DNA from: Rhodospirillales bacterium
Lineage (GTDB): Bacteria; Pseudomonadota; Alphaproteobacteria; Reyranellales; Reyranellaceae
Assembly (NCBI GenBank): GCA_947466085.1
Contig: CANIEC010000036.1
Location: forward strand, 1 to 32,000
DNA length: 32,000 nucleotides
Direction of reading: 5' to 3'
Shown: positions 8,215-16,215 of the stretch, in pieces
How the letters are laid out: the number at the start of each line of letters is the position of its first letter
Position numbering within the stretch: the stretch's first letter is position 1
Program-made: the position numbers and the translations under genes
Notes under the pieces: generated by a model
What the model was told of the DNA's origin: nothing
The model's input: the letters and a program-made list of their open reading frames with translations, nothing else
Database searches by the model: none

Positions 8215-9843
8215 ATGCAGCAGTCCCTTTCCGACTTTGTCGAGGCGATGGACAAGGCCGGCTTTCTGGTGCGCATCAAGGACGAGGTCCGGGTCGATCA
8301 GGTTCCCAAGCTCATGGAAGCCAACCCGACCAAGGCCGTCCTGATCGAGAACATCAAGGACACCGAATTCTCGGTGCTGGCCAACGCCTATTCCAACCAG
8401 GAGATGTTCGCCTGGGCGATGGGCTGCGACAAGACGCGGACCGGCCTCGAGATGGTGGCGCGCTCCAAGGGCCGGGTGAAGTGGGAGACGGTGACGACGG
8501 CGCCCTGCAAGGAAGTGATCCTGAAGGGCGACGATGTCGACCTCACCCGCCTGCCGCTGTTCCTGCATCACGATCGCGACGGGCACGCCTACACCAACGA
8601 CAATCTCTTCATCAGCAAGCATCCCGACACCGGCGTCTACGACTGGGGCATCTACCGCTCGATGTTCCGGACCAGGAACGAGAAGTCGGTCGACATGACC
8701 TGCACCTCGCACCGCCAGCGCATCCATGCGATGGCGGCGGCGGCGAAGGGGCAGAACCTCGAAGTCGCGATCGTGCTGGGCGGTCCCACCATCGACAAGA
8801 TCGCGGCGCTGGTCGGCGTCACCGCCGACACCGACGATTTCGAGGTCCTGGGCGCCTTCTATGGCGAGCCGGCCAGGATGATCAAATGCGAGACCATCGA
8901 CGTGATGGTGCCGGCGAATGCCGAGATCGTGCTCGAATGCGAGCTGATGGCGCTCGAGGGCCTGGTCTACGACGAGGGCCCGTACGGCGAGTTCACCGGC
9001 ATGTACGGCGGCGGCATCAAGCACAATTATCGCCTCAAGGTGAAGGCGATGACCCACCGCAAGGGCGGCATCTTCCAGCATTGCACGATCGGCGGCCTGC
9101 ATCCCTGGTACACCGATAACATGCTGCAGCTGCCGGCGATCGAGGCCGACCTGTTCAACGGGCTGAAGCAGGGCGGCATCGACGTGCGCGAGGTGCGCTG
9201 TCCGCTGGGCGGCCTGTCCAACATCGCCTACGCCAAGATCCATCCGCTGGGCGCCGGCGATTCCAAGCAGGCGCTGGGCATCATGCTGACCTGTTCCAAG
9301 CAGGGACTCCCGAAGATCGCCATGGTGTTCGACACCGACGTCGACATCTGGGACGACCAGGCCGTGCTGGCCGCGATGGCCTACCGTTACATGCCGGACA
9401 GGGACACGGTGCGGCTCGACGGGCTCAACACCATGACCGTCGATCCCAAGAGCACGACGCTCGGCATCTCCTCCAAGATCGGCATGGACTGCACGGTGCC
9501 GCTGGGCCCCGAATGGAACCCCAACGAGTTCGTGCGCAGCACCGTCACCGATCTGGGCGATCCGCCGGCCGGGCTCAAGATCATGACGGAAGACGAGCTG
9601 ACCAAGGACATGGAGGCGTTCATCCGCGCCGAGCCGCGCGCCTGGCACGACATCCTGAAGCAGTATCACGGCCAGCCTTACCCGGTGCTCTACCGCGCCT
9701 TCGGCAACCTGCGGCACAGGCTCGGCCGGACCAACGATCCGCCTTGGTACCGCTACACGCTCTCCGAAACGCCGTTCTCGTGGGAGGCGAAGCCCGCGCC
9801 GCTGAACCACTCGGACCCGCGCCACATCAAGACCGGCGGTTGA
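8215..9843 (+). CDS. UbiD-family (prFMN-dependent) decarboxylase, substrate unknown, about 50 aa longer at the C-terminus than E. coli UbiD
   Basis: 542 aa. Conserved core EGPYGEFTGMYGG (compare EGPFGxxTGYY in UbiD), plus LFLHHDRDGHAY and GIYRSM. Followed after 10 nt by ubiX. Confidence 0.9.
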   Translation: MQQSLSDFVEAMDKAGFLVRIKDEVRVDQVPKLMEANPTKAVLIENIKDTEFSVLANAYSNQEMFAWAMGCDKTRTGLEMVARSKGRVKWETVTTAPCKEVILKGDDVDLTRLPLFLHHDRDGHAYTNDNLFISKHPDTGVYDWGIYRSMFRTRNEKSVDMTCTSHRQRIHAMAAAAKGQNLEVAIVLGGPTIDKIAALVGVTADTDDFEVLGAFYGEPARMIKCETIDVMVPANAEIVLECELMALEGLVYDEGPYGEFTGMYGGGIKHNYRLKVKAMTHRKGGIFQHCTIGGLHPWYTDNMLQLPAIEADLFNGLKQGGIDVREVRCPLGGLSNIAYAKIHPLGAGDSKQALGIMLTCSKQGLPKIAMVFDTDVDIWDDQAVLAAMAYRYMPDRDTVRLDGLNTMTVDPKSTTLGISSKIGMDCTVPLGPEWNPNEFVRSTVTDLGDPPAGLKIMTEDELTKDMEAFIRAEPRAWHDILKQYHGQPYPVLYRAFGNLRHRLGRTNDPPWYRYTLSETPFSWEAKPAPLNHSDPRHIKTGG

Positions 9844-9853
9844 GGGACTTCAA

Positions 9854-10477
9854 ATGACAGCGAGCGAACCCGTGCGACGCATGGTGGTCGGCATCACCGG
9901 CGCCTCGGGGACCGTCTACGGCATCCGCGTGCTCGAGGCGTTGCGGGCGCTGAAGATCGAGAGCCATCTCGTGATTTCCAAGGCGGGCGACCAGACGCGC
10001 TCGCTCGAGACCGACATGTCGGCCTCGGAGCTGCGGGCGCTGGCCGATCACGTCTATGCGCCGGGCGATATCGCGGCTTCGATCTCGAGCGGCTCGTTCC
10101 AGACCATGGGCATGATCGTGGCGCCGTGTTCGGTGCGCACCCTGAGCGAGATCGCGACGGGGGTGACGTCGGGCCTCGTTTCCCGCGCCGCCGACGTCTG
10201 CCTGAAGGAGCGGCGCCGGGTCGTGCTGATGTTCCGCGAGACGCCGCTGCATGCCGGCCACATCAAGAGCATGCTGGCCGTCACCGAGATGGGCGCCATC
10301 GTCGCGGTGCCGTCGCCGGCCTTCTACACGCGGCCGAAGACGGTCGACGAGATCGTGACGCATTCGGTCGCGCGCGTGCTCGACCTGTTCGGTCTCGACA
10401 CCAGGACCTTCCCGCGATGGACCGGCCCCTCCCGCGGGGAGAAGCCGGCCGTCGCCCGGCGCCGGAGCGGCAAATGA
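9854..10477 (+). CDS. ubiX: UbiX flavin prenyltransferase (prFMN synthase)
   Basis: SD GAGGGA 6 nt upstream. Motifs VVGITGASG, MIVAPCSVRTL, KERRRVVLMFRETPLH. Confidence 0.9.
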   Translation: MTASEPVRRMVVGITGASGTVYGIRVLEALRALKIESHLVISKAGDQTRSLETDMSASELRALADHVYAPGDIAASISSGSFQTMGMIVAPCSVRTLSEIATGVTSGLVSRAADVCLKERRRVVLMFRETPLHAGHIKSMLAVTEMGAIVAVPSPAFYTRPKTVDEIVTHSVARVLDLFGLDTRTFPRWTGPSRGEKPAVARRRSGK

Positions 10478-10579
10478 TGGGGCGGTTGCAAATAGCACTG
10501 GCCGAGCCGCCGGTTGGGCTTGGCGGCGTGCCGCGTTTGGGCGACATTCCGCCCACAAGAACCGACCGGGAGGAATGAG

Positions 10580-11587
10580 ATGACCGACCATAGCCGCCGC
10601 GGCTTCGTCCGCGCTTCGGGCGCTGCTGCCGCGCTCGCCACCCTGGGACTCGCGGGCCGTGCGGGCGCGCAGGGCACCCCGCCACTCGAATCCGTGCGCA
10701 TCGTCACCGGCTTCCCGCCGGGCGGTACGTCCGACACGCTGTGCCGCCGCGTCGCCGAAGGCATCAAGGGCACCGCCTATACCAAGGCGGCCATCGTCGA
10801 GAACAAGGCCGGCGCCGGCGGACAGATTGCCATTCAGTCGATGAAGGGCGCGGCGACCGACGGCAGCGTCATCCTGCAGACGCCGGCATCGATGCTGATG
10901 ATCTATCCGCACATCTACAAGAAGCTCAACTACGACGCCTTCACCGACGTGACCCCGGTGACGCTCGCCTGCATCTTCGACTTCGGCTTCTGCGTCGGCC
11001 CCGCCGTGCCCGAGAGCGTGAAGAACATCCCGGAATTCCTGGCCTGGTGCAAAGCCAACCCGGACAAGGCCAACTACGGATCGCCGGCCGCCGGCTCGGT
11101 GCCGCACTTCATCGGCGTGCTGCTGGGCCAGGCGGGCGGCATCGAGCTCAAGCACGTCGCCTATCGCGGCACGCAGCCCGCGGTGCAGGACATGGTCGGC
11201 GGCCAGATCCAGGCCGTCTCCGGCCCGGTCGGCGAGTTCACCCAGCAGGTTGCCGCCGGCAAGGCACGCCTCCTCGGCGTCTCGGGCGCGACCCGCAACC
11301 GCTTCGCGCCGAACGTGCCGACCTTTGCCGAGCAGGGCTACAAGGACCTGGTCTTCTCCGAGTGGTTCGGCTTCTTCGCCCCGGGCGGCACCCCGGCGCC
11401 GGTCGTGATGCGTGCCAACGAGGCCCTGCGCGCCGCGCTCGCCCAGAAGGACGTGATCGACGGCCTCGCCGTCATGGGCCTCGAGGTGAAGTCCTCGACC
11501 CCGCAGGAACTCGGCGCGCTGCTCAAGGAAAGCTACGACCGCTGGGGCCCGATCGTGAAGAAGATCGGGTTTACGGCGGATTCATAA
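10580..11587 (+). CDS. Bug-family (TctC-like) tripartite tricarboxylate transporter substrate-binding protein with Tat signal
   Basis: ATG at 10580 after GGGAGGAA. Twin-arginine signal MTDHSRRGFVRASGAAAALATLG...AGAQG. Family motif GFPPGGTSD. No TctA/TctB genes in the window. Confidence 0.85.
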   Translation: MTDHSRRGFVRASGAAAALATLGLAGRAGAQGTPPLESVRIVTGFPPGGTSDTLCRRVAEGIKGTAYTKAAIVENKAGAGGQIAIQSMKGAATDGSVILQTPASMLMIYPHIYKKLNYDAFTDVTPVTLACIFDFGFCVGPAVPESVKNIPEFLAWCKANPDKANYGSPAAGSVPHFIGVLLGQAGGIELKHVAYRGTQPAVQDMVGGQIQAVSGPVGEFTQQVAAGKARLLGVSGATRNRFAPNVPTFAEQGYKDLVFSEWFGFFAPGGTPAPVVMRANEALRAALAQKDVIDGLAVMGLEVKSSTPQELGALLKESYDRWGPIVKKIGFTADS

Positions 11588-11592
11588 GTTTG

Positions 11593-11712
11593 CTTCCCCA
11601 TTCAGATGGGGAAGTGCCCCGTCATACGGGGCGATGGGGTCATGGGCCTTGCCATGCTTATGACCCCTCCGTCGGCGTAAGACGCCGCCACCTCCCCATT
11701 AGAATGGGGAGG
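11593..11712. repeat. Cluster of five hairpins between convergent genes (REP/BIME-like, possible bidirectional terminators)
   Basis: The five hairpins are CTTCCCCA-TTCAGA-TGGGGAAG (11593-11614), GCCCCG-TCATA-CGGGGC (11616-11632), GGGGTCAT...ATGACCCC (11636-11667), CGGCG-TAAGA-CGCCG, and CCTCCCCA-TTAGAA-TGGGGAGG (11691-11712). The first and last are near-identical. Confidence 0.6.
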
Positions 11713-11718
11713 TAAGAA

Positions 11719-13230
11719 TTACACCCGCTTCGCGTCGTCGCGCGCGTAGGTCGCGACGGCGCGGTCGACCAGCGTCTTGCGGTCGATCTTGTTCGTGCCC
11801 GCGAGCGGCAGCTCGTCGACGAACCACACGGCGCGCGGATGGGCGTAGGCCGGGCCGTTGTCGAGGGCGAAGCGGCGCAGCGCCTCTTCGGTCGGCGCCG
11901 TGCCGGGCTTCGCCACGACGAAGGCGACGGGGAGCTGGTACTTGATCTCGTCCGGCACCGGCACGACGCAGGCCTGGGCCACGTCGGGATGCTGGCCCAG
12001 CAGCTTCTCGACCTCGCCGGGATAGACGTTCTCGCCGCCGCACTGGAACATGTCGTCGGCGCGGCCGACGAAGAAGACGAAGCCGTTCTCGTCGCGGCGC
12101 ATCACGTCACCCGTGTCGTACCAGCCGTCGATCAGGCGCTTCTTCGTATCGGCCTCGCGGTTGAGATAGCCGCTCATGAGCGCCGGCGTGCGGATGTGGA
12201 GTACGCCCTGCGTGGCGCCGGTCTCGGCACCGCCGACGAACTTCACCTCGATGTTCTTGCGTGGGTAGCCCAGCGCACCCATCGGTTTCGGCACGCCGTC
12301 GGGATGCGGTCCGAAGCCCAGCGGGCCGGACTCCGTGGTGCCCCAGCTGTTGGCCGTCTCGGCATTGGGGAACATCCGGTGCATCTGCTCGAAGAATTCC
12401 GCCGTCGAAGGTGCGGAGCCGGTGACCGCCGTCGTGACGCAGCCCAGGTCCGCCCTGGCGAGCTCCTCGGTCTCGCGCATCACCAAGGCCAGCATGGTCG
12501 GGACCGAGGTGATCATGGCGACGCGATTGCGGTCGATGGCGCGGATGAAGCCGCGGGCCGTGAAATTGGTCATCAGCACGATGGTGCCGCCGTTGATCAT
12601 CGTCATCTTGGCGCTGAACAGGCCGTTCATGTGGAACAGCGGCGCGGCGATGATGATCTTCTGTCCCTCGATGCCGGGCCGCTGCTCCGGCGTGGCGCCG
12701 GTCGCCCAGAGGTAGCCGCCATGCGTCAGCGGCACGCCCTTGGGCAGGCCGGTCGAGCCCGACGTGTAGAGGATCATGGCGACCTCTTCGGGCGCCATGT
12801 CGACCGGCTCGAACGCACCCGCGTCGAGCAGACCGTCGAGCTCCTCGATCGCGACGGTCGGCACCAGCGAACCGACCAGCGGCGCGCGCTCGGCATCGGC
12901 GACCGCCAACTTGACGGAAGAGTCCTTCATGATGTGGGCCACCGTTTCGCGCGGCAGCTTGTGATTGACGCAGACCGACACCAGCCCGGCCGCCATGGTC
13001 GCCATGTAGAGCACGAGATAGTCGGCGCTGTTGGCCGCCACGATGGCCACGGCCTCGCCGCGCCTGAGCCCGCGCTTCAGCAGGCCGCGCGCCAGCGCGG
13101 CGATGCGCTCGCGCGCCTGGCCGTAGCTCAGCCGGAGCTGTTCATCGCCCTCGGGCGAAACCTGGATGATGAAGGGGCGGTCGGCCGGCGCCTGCGGGTC
13201 GAGGATGTCGGCGAGATTCTTGAGGTTCAT
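11719..13230 (-). CDS. AMP-dependent acyl-CoA synthetase/ligase (class I adenylate-forming enzyme)
   Basis: ATG at 13230 (MNLKNLADIL; the listed start at 13266 is TTG). Motifs YTSGSTGLPKGV, TGDVMRRDENGFVFFVGRADD, and C-terminal GTNKIDRK. Confidence 0.9.
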   Translation of the reverse strand: MNLKNLADILDPQAPADRPFIIQVSPEGDEQLRLSYGQARERIAALARGLLKRGLRRGEAVAIVAANSADYLVLYMATMAAGLVSVCVNHKLPRETVAHIMKDSSVKLAVADAERAPLVGSLVPTVAIEELDGLLDAGAFEPVDMAPEEVAMILYTSGSTGLPKGVPLTHGGYLWATGATPEQRPGIEGQKIIIAAPLFHMNGLFSAKMTMINGGTIVLMTNFTARGFIRAIDRNRVAMITSVPTMLALVMRETEELARADLGCVTTAVTGSAPSTAEFFEQMHRMFPNAETANSWGTTESGPLGFGPHPDGVPKPMGALGYPRKNIEVKFVGGAETGATQGVLHIRTPALMSGYLNREADTKKRLIDGWYDTGDVMRRDENGFVFFVGRADDMFQCGGENVYPGEVEKLLGQHPDVAQACVVPVPDEIKYQLPVAFVVAKPGTAPTEEALRRFALDNGPAYAHPRAVWFVDELPLAGTNKIDRKTLVDRAVATYARDDAKRV

Positions 13231-13281
13231 GATTCCCTGATTGATCGACGGAAGATGGATCTGCAAGTGACGTGCCGGACT

Positions 13282-14025
13282 TCAGCGGCGGCGATGGAAT
13301 TGCGAGCCGCCATACGACTGGTCGGTCGGCACGATCTCCATGAAGCTCACATCCATGCGCTGCGGAGCGCCCAGTACGAACATGACCGCCTCGGCGATGT
13401 CGGCGGGCTGGAGCGTCTCGAAACCTTCGTAGAAGCGGCGACGTCCTTCCTCGCGATCCGCCATCAGGTCGAGATGGGCGCCGGTCTCGACCCGGCCCGG
13501 CGAGATCTCGCTGACCCGGACGCCCGATCCGTGCAGGTCGAGGCGCAGCGTCTGGCTGAGATTGTGGATGGCGGCCTTGGTCATGGCATAGACCGGCATG
13601 CCGGGCAGCGCCCAGGTGCCCGACGTCGATCCGAGATTGACGATGTGGCCCAGCCCGCGCGCCCGCATGCCGGGGACGGCGGCGGCGAGACAGTTGAGCG
13701 TGCCGCGCAGGTTGACGTCCATCAGCGTGGCGATGTCGTCGGGGGCGGTCTCCCACGACAGGCCGCCGCGGACCGGGGCGGAGGCATTGTTGACCAGGAT
13801 GTCGGCATCGAGCGAGCCCAGGGCACCCAGCACCGTGTCGCGATGGGAGATGTCGAGTGCCATCGGACGGCAGCCGGTTTCCTGGGCCAATTCCGTCAGG
13901 TCCTCGGCGGAACGGGCGACGGCATAGACGTCGAGCCCGCCGATCGTGAGCTCGCGGACGATCGCCGCGCCGATGCCGCGGCTCGCGCCGGTGACGATGG
14001 CGGTGCGATAGCGATCGAGTGACAA
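13282..14025 (-). CDS. Short-chain dehydrogenase/reductase
   Basis: TTG at 14025 is preceded by AAGGAGGA with 5-nt spacing (the listed ATG at 14079 lacks an SD). Motifs VTGASRGIG, NNAS, YAMTKAA. Confidence 0.85.
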   Translation of the reverse strand: MSLDRYRTAIVTGASRGIGAAIVRELTIGGLDVYAVARSAEDLTELAQETGCRPMALDISHRDTVLGALGSLDADILVNNASAPVRGGLSWETAPDDIATLMDVNLRGTLNCLAAAVPGMRARGLGHIVNLGSTSGTWALPGMPVYAMTKAAIHNLSQTLRLDLHGSGVRVSEISPGRVETGAHLDLMADREEGRRRFYEGFETLQPADIAEAVMFVLGAPQRMDVSFMEIVPTDQSYGGSQFHRRR

Positions 14026-14096
14026 GGCTTCCTCCTTTGCCCGGCGCGAACGGCCGCCTAGAGTGCCAGCATAGCGCATCGAAGGTGGAGTGAGGC

Positions 14097-14477
14097 ATGG
14101 CCAAGAAAGTCTTTCCCGACGGTACCGAGGTGGCGGGGTTCTACGTCCGCACCATCAGGAGCGGGCCGTTCGTCTTCGTGTCGGGCACGACCTCGCTCAA
14201 TCCCAAGGGGCAGGTGCAGGGCAAGGATGCGGCCCAGCAGACGACGATCACCATGCGCAAGATCGAGGCCGGGCTGAAGTCGGCCGGCGCCAAGCTCGGC
14301 GACCTCGTGCGGACCACGATCTACGTGACCGACATCCGTGACATGGGAGCCGTGAGCACGGCTTTGGCCAAGTCGCTGAAGGGCGCGGTGGTCACATCGA
14401 CGCTGGTGGCCGTGAGCGCCCTTGCCGTGCCGGGCCTGCTGGTCGAAATTGAGGCCACGGCCGTCGTCGATGCGTGA
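14097..14477 (+). CDS. RidA/YjgF/UK114 family protein
   Basis: 126 aa. The pattern GPFVFVSGTTSL...TTIYVTDIRD...LVEIEATAVV is typical of the Rid family. Confidence 0.8.
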   Translation: MAKKVFPDGTEVAGFYVRTIRSGPFVFVSGTTSLNPKGQVQGKDAAQQTTITMRKIEAGLKSAGAKLGDLVRTTIYVTDIRDMGAVSTALAKSLKGAVVTSTLVAVSALAVPGLLVEIEATAVVDA

Positions 14478-14508
14478 TGAGGGACAGCGGTTGATCGGGG
14501 AGAGCTGG

Positions 14509-14973
14509 ATGAGCGGGAAGAGAGCAGGGTTGCTGGGGCGCCGACAGGCGCTGGTCGGGTCCGTGGGGGCCATGGGAACGATGCTGGCGGCGCCGGCGAT
14601 CGCCCAGCAGCGGGTCAAGTCCGGGACCGTCAGCATCGAGCAGGTCCAGGTGGCCTTTTTCGGCAGCGGCAATGTCGGCAGCGGCACCCTGCACTACGAG
14701 GGCCGCTACTACCGCTTCTCGGTCGGTGGCCTGGGCGTTGGCGGGTTCGGCGTCTCCAAGATGGAAGCCTATGGCGACGTCTACAATCTGAAGGAGCTGC
14801 GCCAGTTTCCCGGCGCCTATGGCCAGGCGCGCTATGGCGCGGCCTATGGCGACCAGGGCAAGGGCGAGATGTGGCTGGAGAACACCAACGGCGTGATGAT
14901 CGACCTCAAGACGCGCCGCCAGGGACTTGCCGTTTCGCTCGGCGCCGACGCCGTCGTCATCGACTTCAAGTGA
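14509..14973 (+). CDS. Exported Gly-rich hypothetical protein with Tat-like signal
   Basis: ATG at 14509 after GGGGAGAG. Signal MSGKRAGLLGRRQALVGSVGAMGTMLAAPAIAQQ. Gly-rich beta-type repeats (GSGNVGSGTLHYEG, GGLGVGGFGVS). Faintly reminiscent of DUF1134-type proteins, but not assigned. Confidence 0.65.
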   Translation: MSGKRAGLLGRRQALVGSVGAMGTMLAAPAIAQQRVKSGTVSIEQVQVAFFGSGNVGSGTLHYEGRYYRFSVGGLGVGGFGVSKMEAYGDVYNLKELRQFPGAYGQARYGAAYGDQGKGEMWLENTNGVMIDLKTRRQGLAVSLGADAVVIDFK

Positions 14974-14981
14974 GGCCGCCC

Positions 14982-15509
14982 ATGACGATGTTCAGCCGCG
15001 CCCTCGCGGGCGCCCTCGTTCTCCTGGCCGCCGCTCCGGCGGTCGCGCAGGACGAGACCCAGACCTTCAATGCTTTCGCGGTGGTGGTCGCCAACGGCTC
15101 GGTCGTGCGGGCCGGCGAGAAGCAGCTCGTCGTGGCGGGCAACCTGTCCGGTCCCATGTTCATCGAAACCGACGAGGGGCCGCAGCAGGCCGGCCGTGTC
15201 GGCTGTGCGCTGTCGTCGAAGATCGACCAGGCCAGCCGCAAGACCAGCGCCACGGGCGCGTGCAGCTTCACGGCCCACGATGGCGCGACGGCCTGGGGTG
15301 AATGGGACTGTGCCGGCTACGAGCTCGTCGGCTGCCGCGGCACGTTCAGGCTGACGGGCGGCACGGGCCGCTTCCAGGGCGCGACCGGGGAGAGCACGTT
15401 CATCTGGCGTCCGACGGCCATCGAGCTGAAGAAGCAGCTCGACGGCATGGCGCTCGACAATGCCAGCGGCATCGTCCTGTGGCGCGAGTTCAAGCTGAAG
15501 GGCAAGTAG
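14982..15509 (+). CDS. Exported hypothetical protein (Sec signal, 4 Cys)
   Basis: ATG at 14982, 8 nt after the preceding stop. Signal MTMFSRALAGALVLLAAAPAVAQD. The FRLTGGTGRFQGATG motif resembles small secreted beta-barrel proteins. No family assigned. Confidence 0.65.
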   Translation: MTMFSRALAGALVLLAAAPAVAQDETQTFNAFAVVVANGSVVRAGEKQLVVAGNLSGPMFIETDEGPQQAGRVGCALSSKIDQASRKTSATGACSFTAHDGATAWGEWDCAGYELVGCRGTFRLTGGTGRFQGATGESTFIWRPTAIELKKQLDGMALDNASGIVLWREFKLKGK

Positions 15510-15512
15510 CCT

Positions 15513-15800
15513 TCAAGCGGCCGGCGGATAGGGAATGCGGTTGCGCTGGAGGAGCTCCTCCAGCGCCTTGATGCCTTGCTGGTAGCGGCCCTTCTGGCAA
15601 TCGAGGGCGGCGCCCAGACGCGCCATGTTGGGGCCGCCCGAGCCTTCGCCGCGCTGCAGATTGTAGCGGTCGTACAGGCCCCCGAGCTGGGCGCAGCGCG
15701 CCGCCAGTTGCTGGTCGGTCTGCTGGGCGCGCCCCGAAACGGGGGCCAGCAACAGTCCTGCAGCGGCGCACGAAAGCAGCATCCCGAGACCGGTTTTCAT
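15513..15800 (-). CDS. Small exported hypothetical protein (95 aa, 2 Cys)
   Basis: ATG at 15800. Signal MKTGLGMLLSCAAAGLLLAPVSGRAQQ. GC3-rich codons. The listed 183-aa ORF was trimmed to this start. Confidence 0.55.
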   Translation of the reverse strand: MKTGLGMLLSCAAAGLLLAPVSGRAQQTDQQLAARCAQLGGLYDRYNLQRGEGSGGPNMARLGAALDCQKGRYQQGIKALEELLQRNRIPYPPAA

Positions 15801-15897
15801 GTCTCGCAGTAGGGCACGAATCGGCCGACCTTGCACCTGTCCGGCAGCGCGCGGTACTGTTTGCCGCCCGGCTGACGGGGCCAAGGGGAGAGAGACG

Positions 15898-16215
15898 ATG
15901 AGAACGCGATCGACGATGCAGTGGATGTTCGTGATGGGCATCACAGGTCTGGTCGCGGCCTGCAGCATGGCGAAGGGCACGCCCGGCCAGGATCCCCGGA
16001 CGGAAACGAATGCGACGCAGGTGACCTGGACCGATGGCAAGCCCGCCATCGCGATCAGCTGCAAGGAACCCGGCGCGTGTCAGACCCGCGCGGTCGCGAT
16101 GTGCAACAGCACGGGCGGCGACTACGTCACGCTGAAGATGGAAAACATGCCGACGCGCGGCGACATGGCGGAGATCCGTGGTCCCGCGTCGGTCGTCATT
16201 CGCTGCGGGGCCTAG
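15898..16215 (+). CDS. Small lipoprotein (105 aa, Cys-rich mature part)
   Basis: ATG at 15898 after AAGGGGAGAGAG. Lipobox GLVAAC. The mature part has 4 further Cys. Confidence 0.6.
   Translation: MRTRSTMQWMFVMGITGLVAACSMAKGTPGQDPRTETNATQVTWTDGKPAIAISCKEPGACQTRAVAMCNSTGGDYVTLKMENMPTRGDMAEIRGPASVVIRCGA

Noticed and set aside
8143-9825. 560-aa minus-strand ORF opposite the UbiD-family gene. Similar long antisense ORFs occur at 2494-3864, 5978-7153, 9827-11155, 11839-14022, 16212-18650, 19064-20188, 20190-21326, 21783-23000, 23020-24714, 24668-26401, 26127-27623, 28486-29670 and 30431-31873.
   Set aside because: All lie antisense to genes with clear family motifs. They are Arg/Ala/Gly/Pro/His-rich with no recognisable domains. 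Such ORFs are expected because stop codons are rare in off-frames of GC-rich DNA.
10486-10503. Sigma-54-like GG...GC element (minus-strand reading GGCCAGTGCTATTTGCAA) between ubiX and the Bug-family gene
   Set aside because: The GG-to-GC spacing is 12 nt rather than 10 nt, and it points away from the Bug gene toward the 3' end of ubiX.
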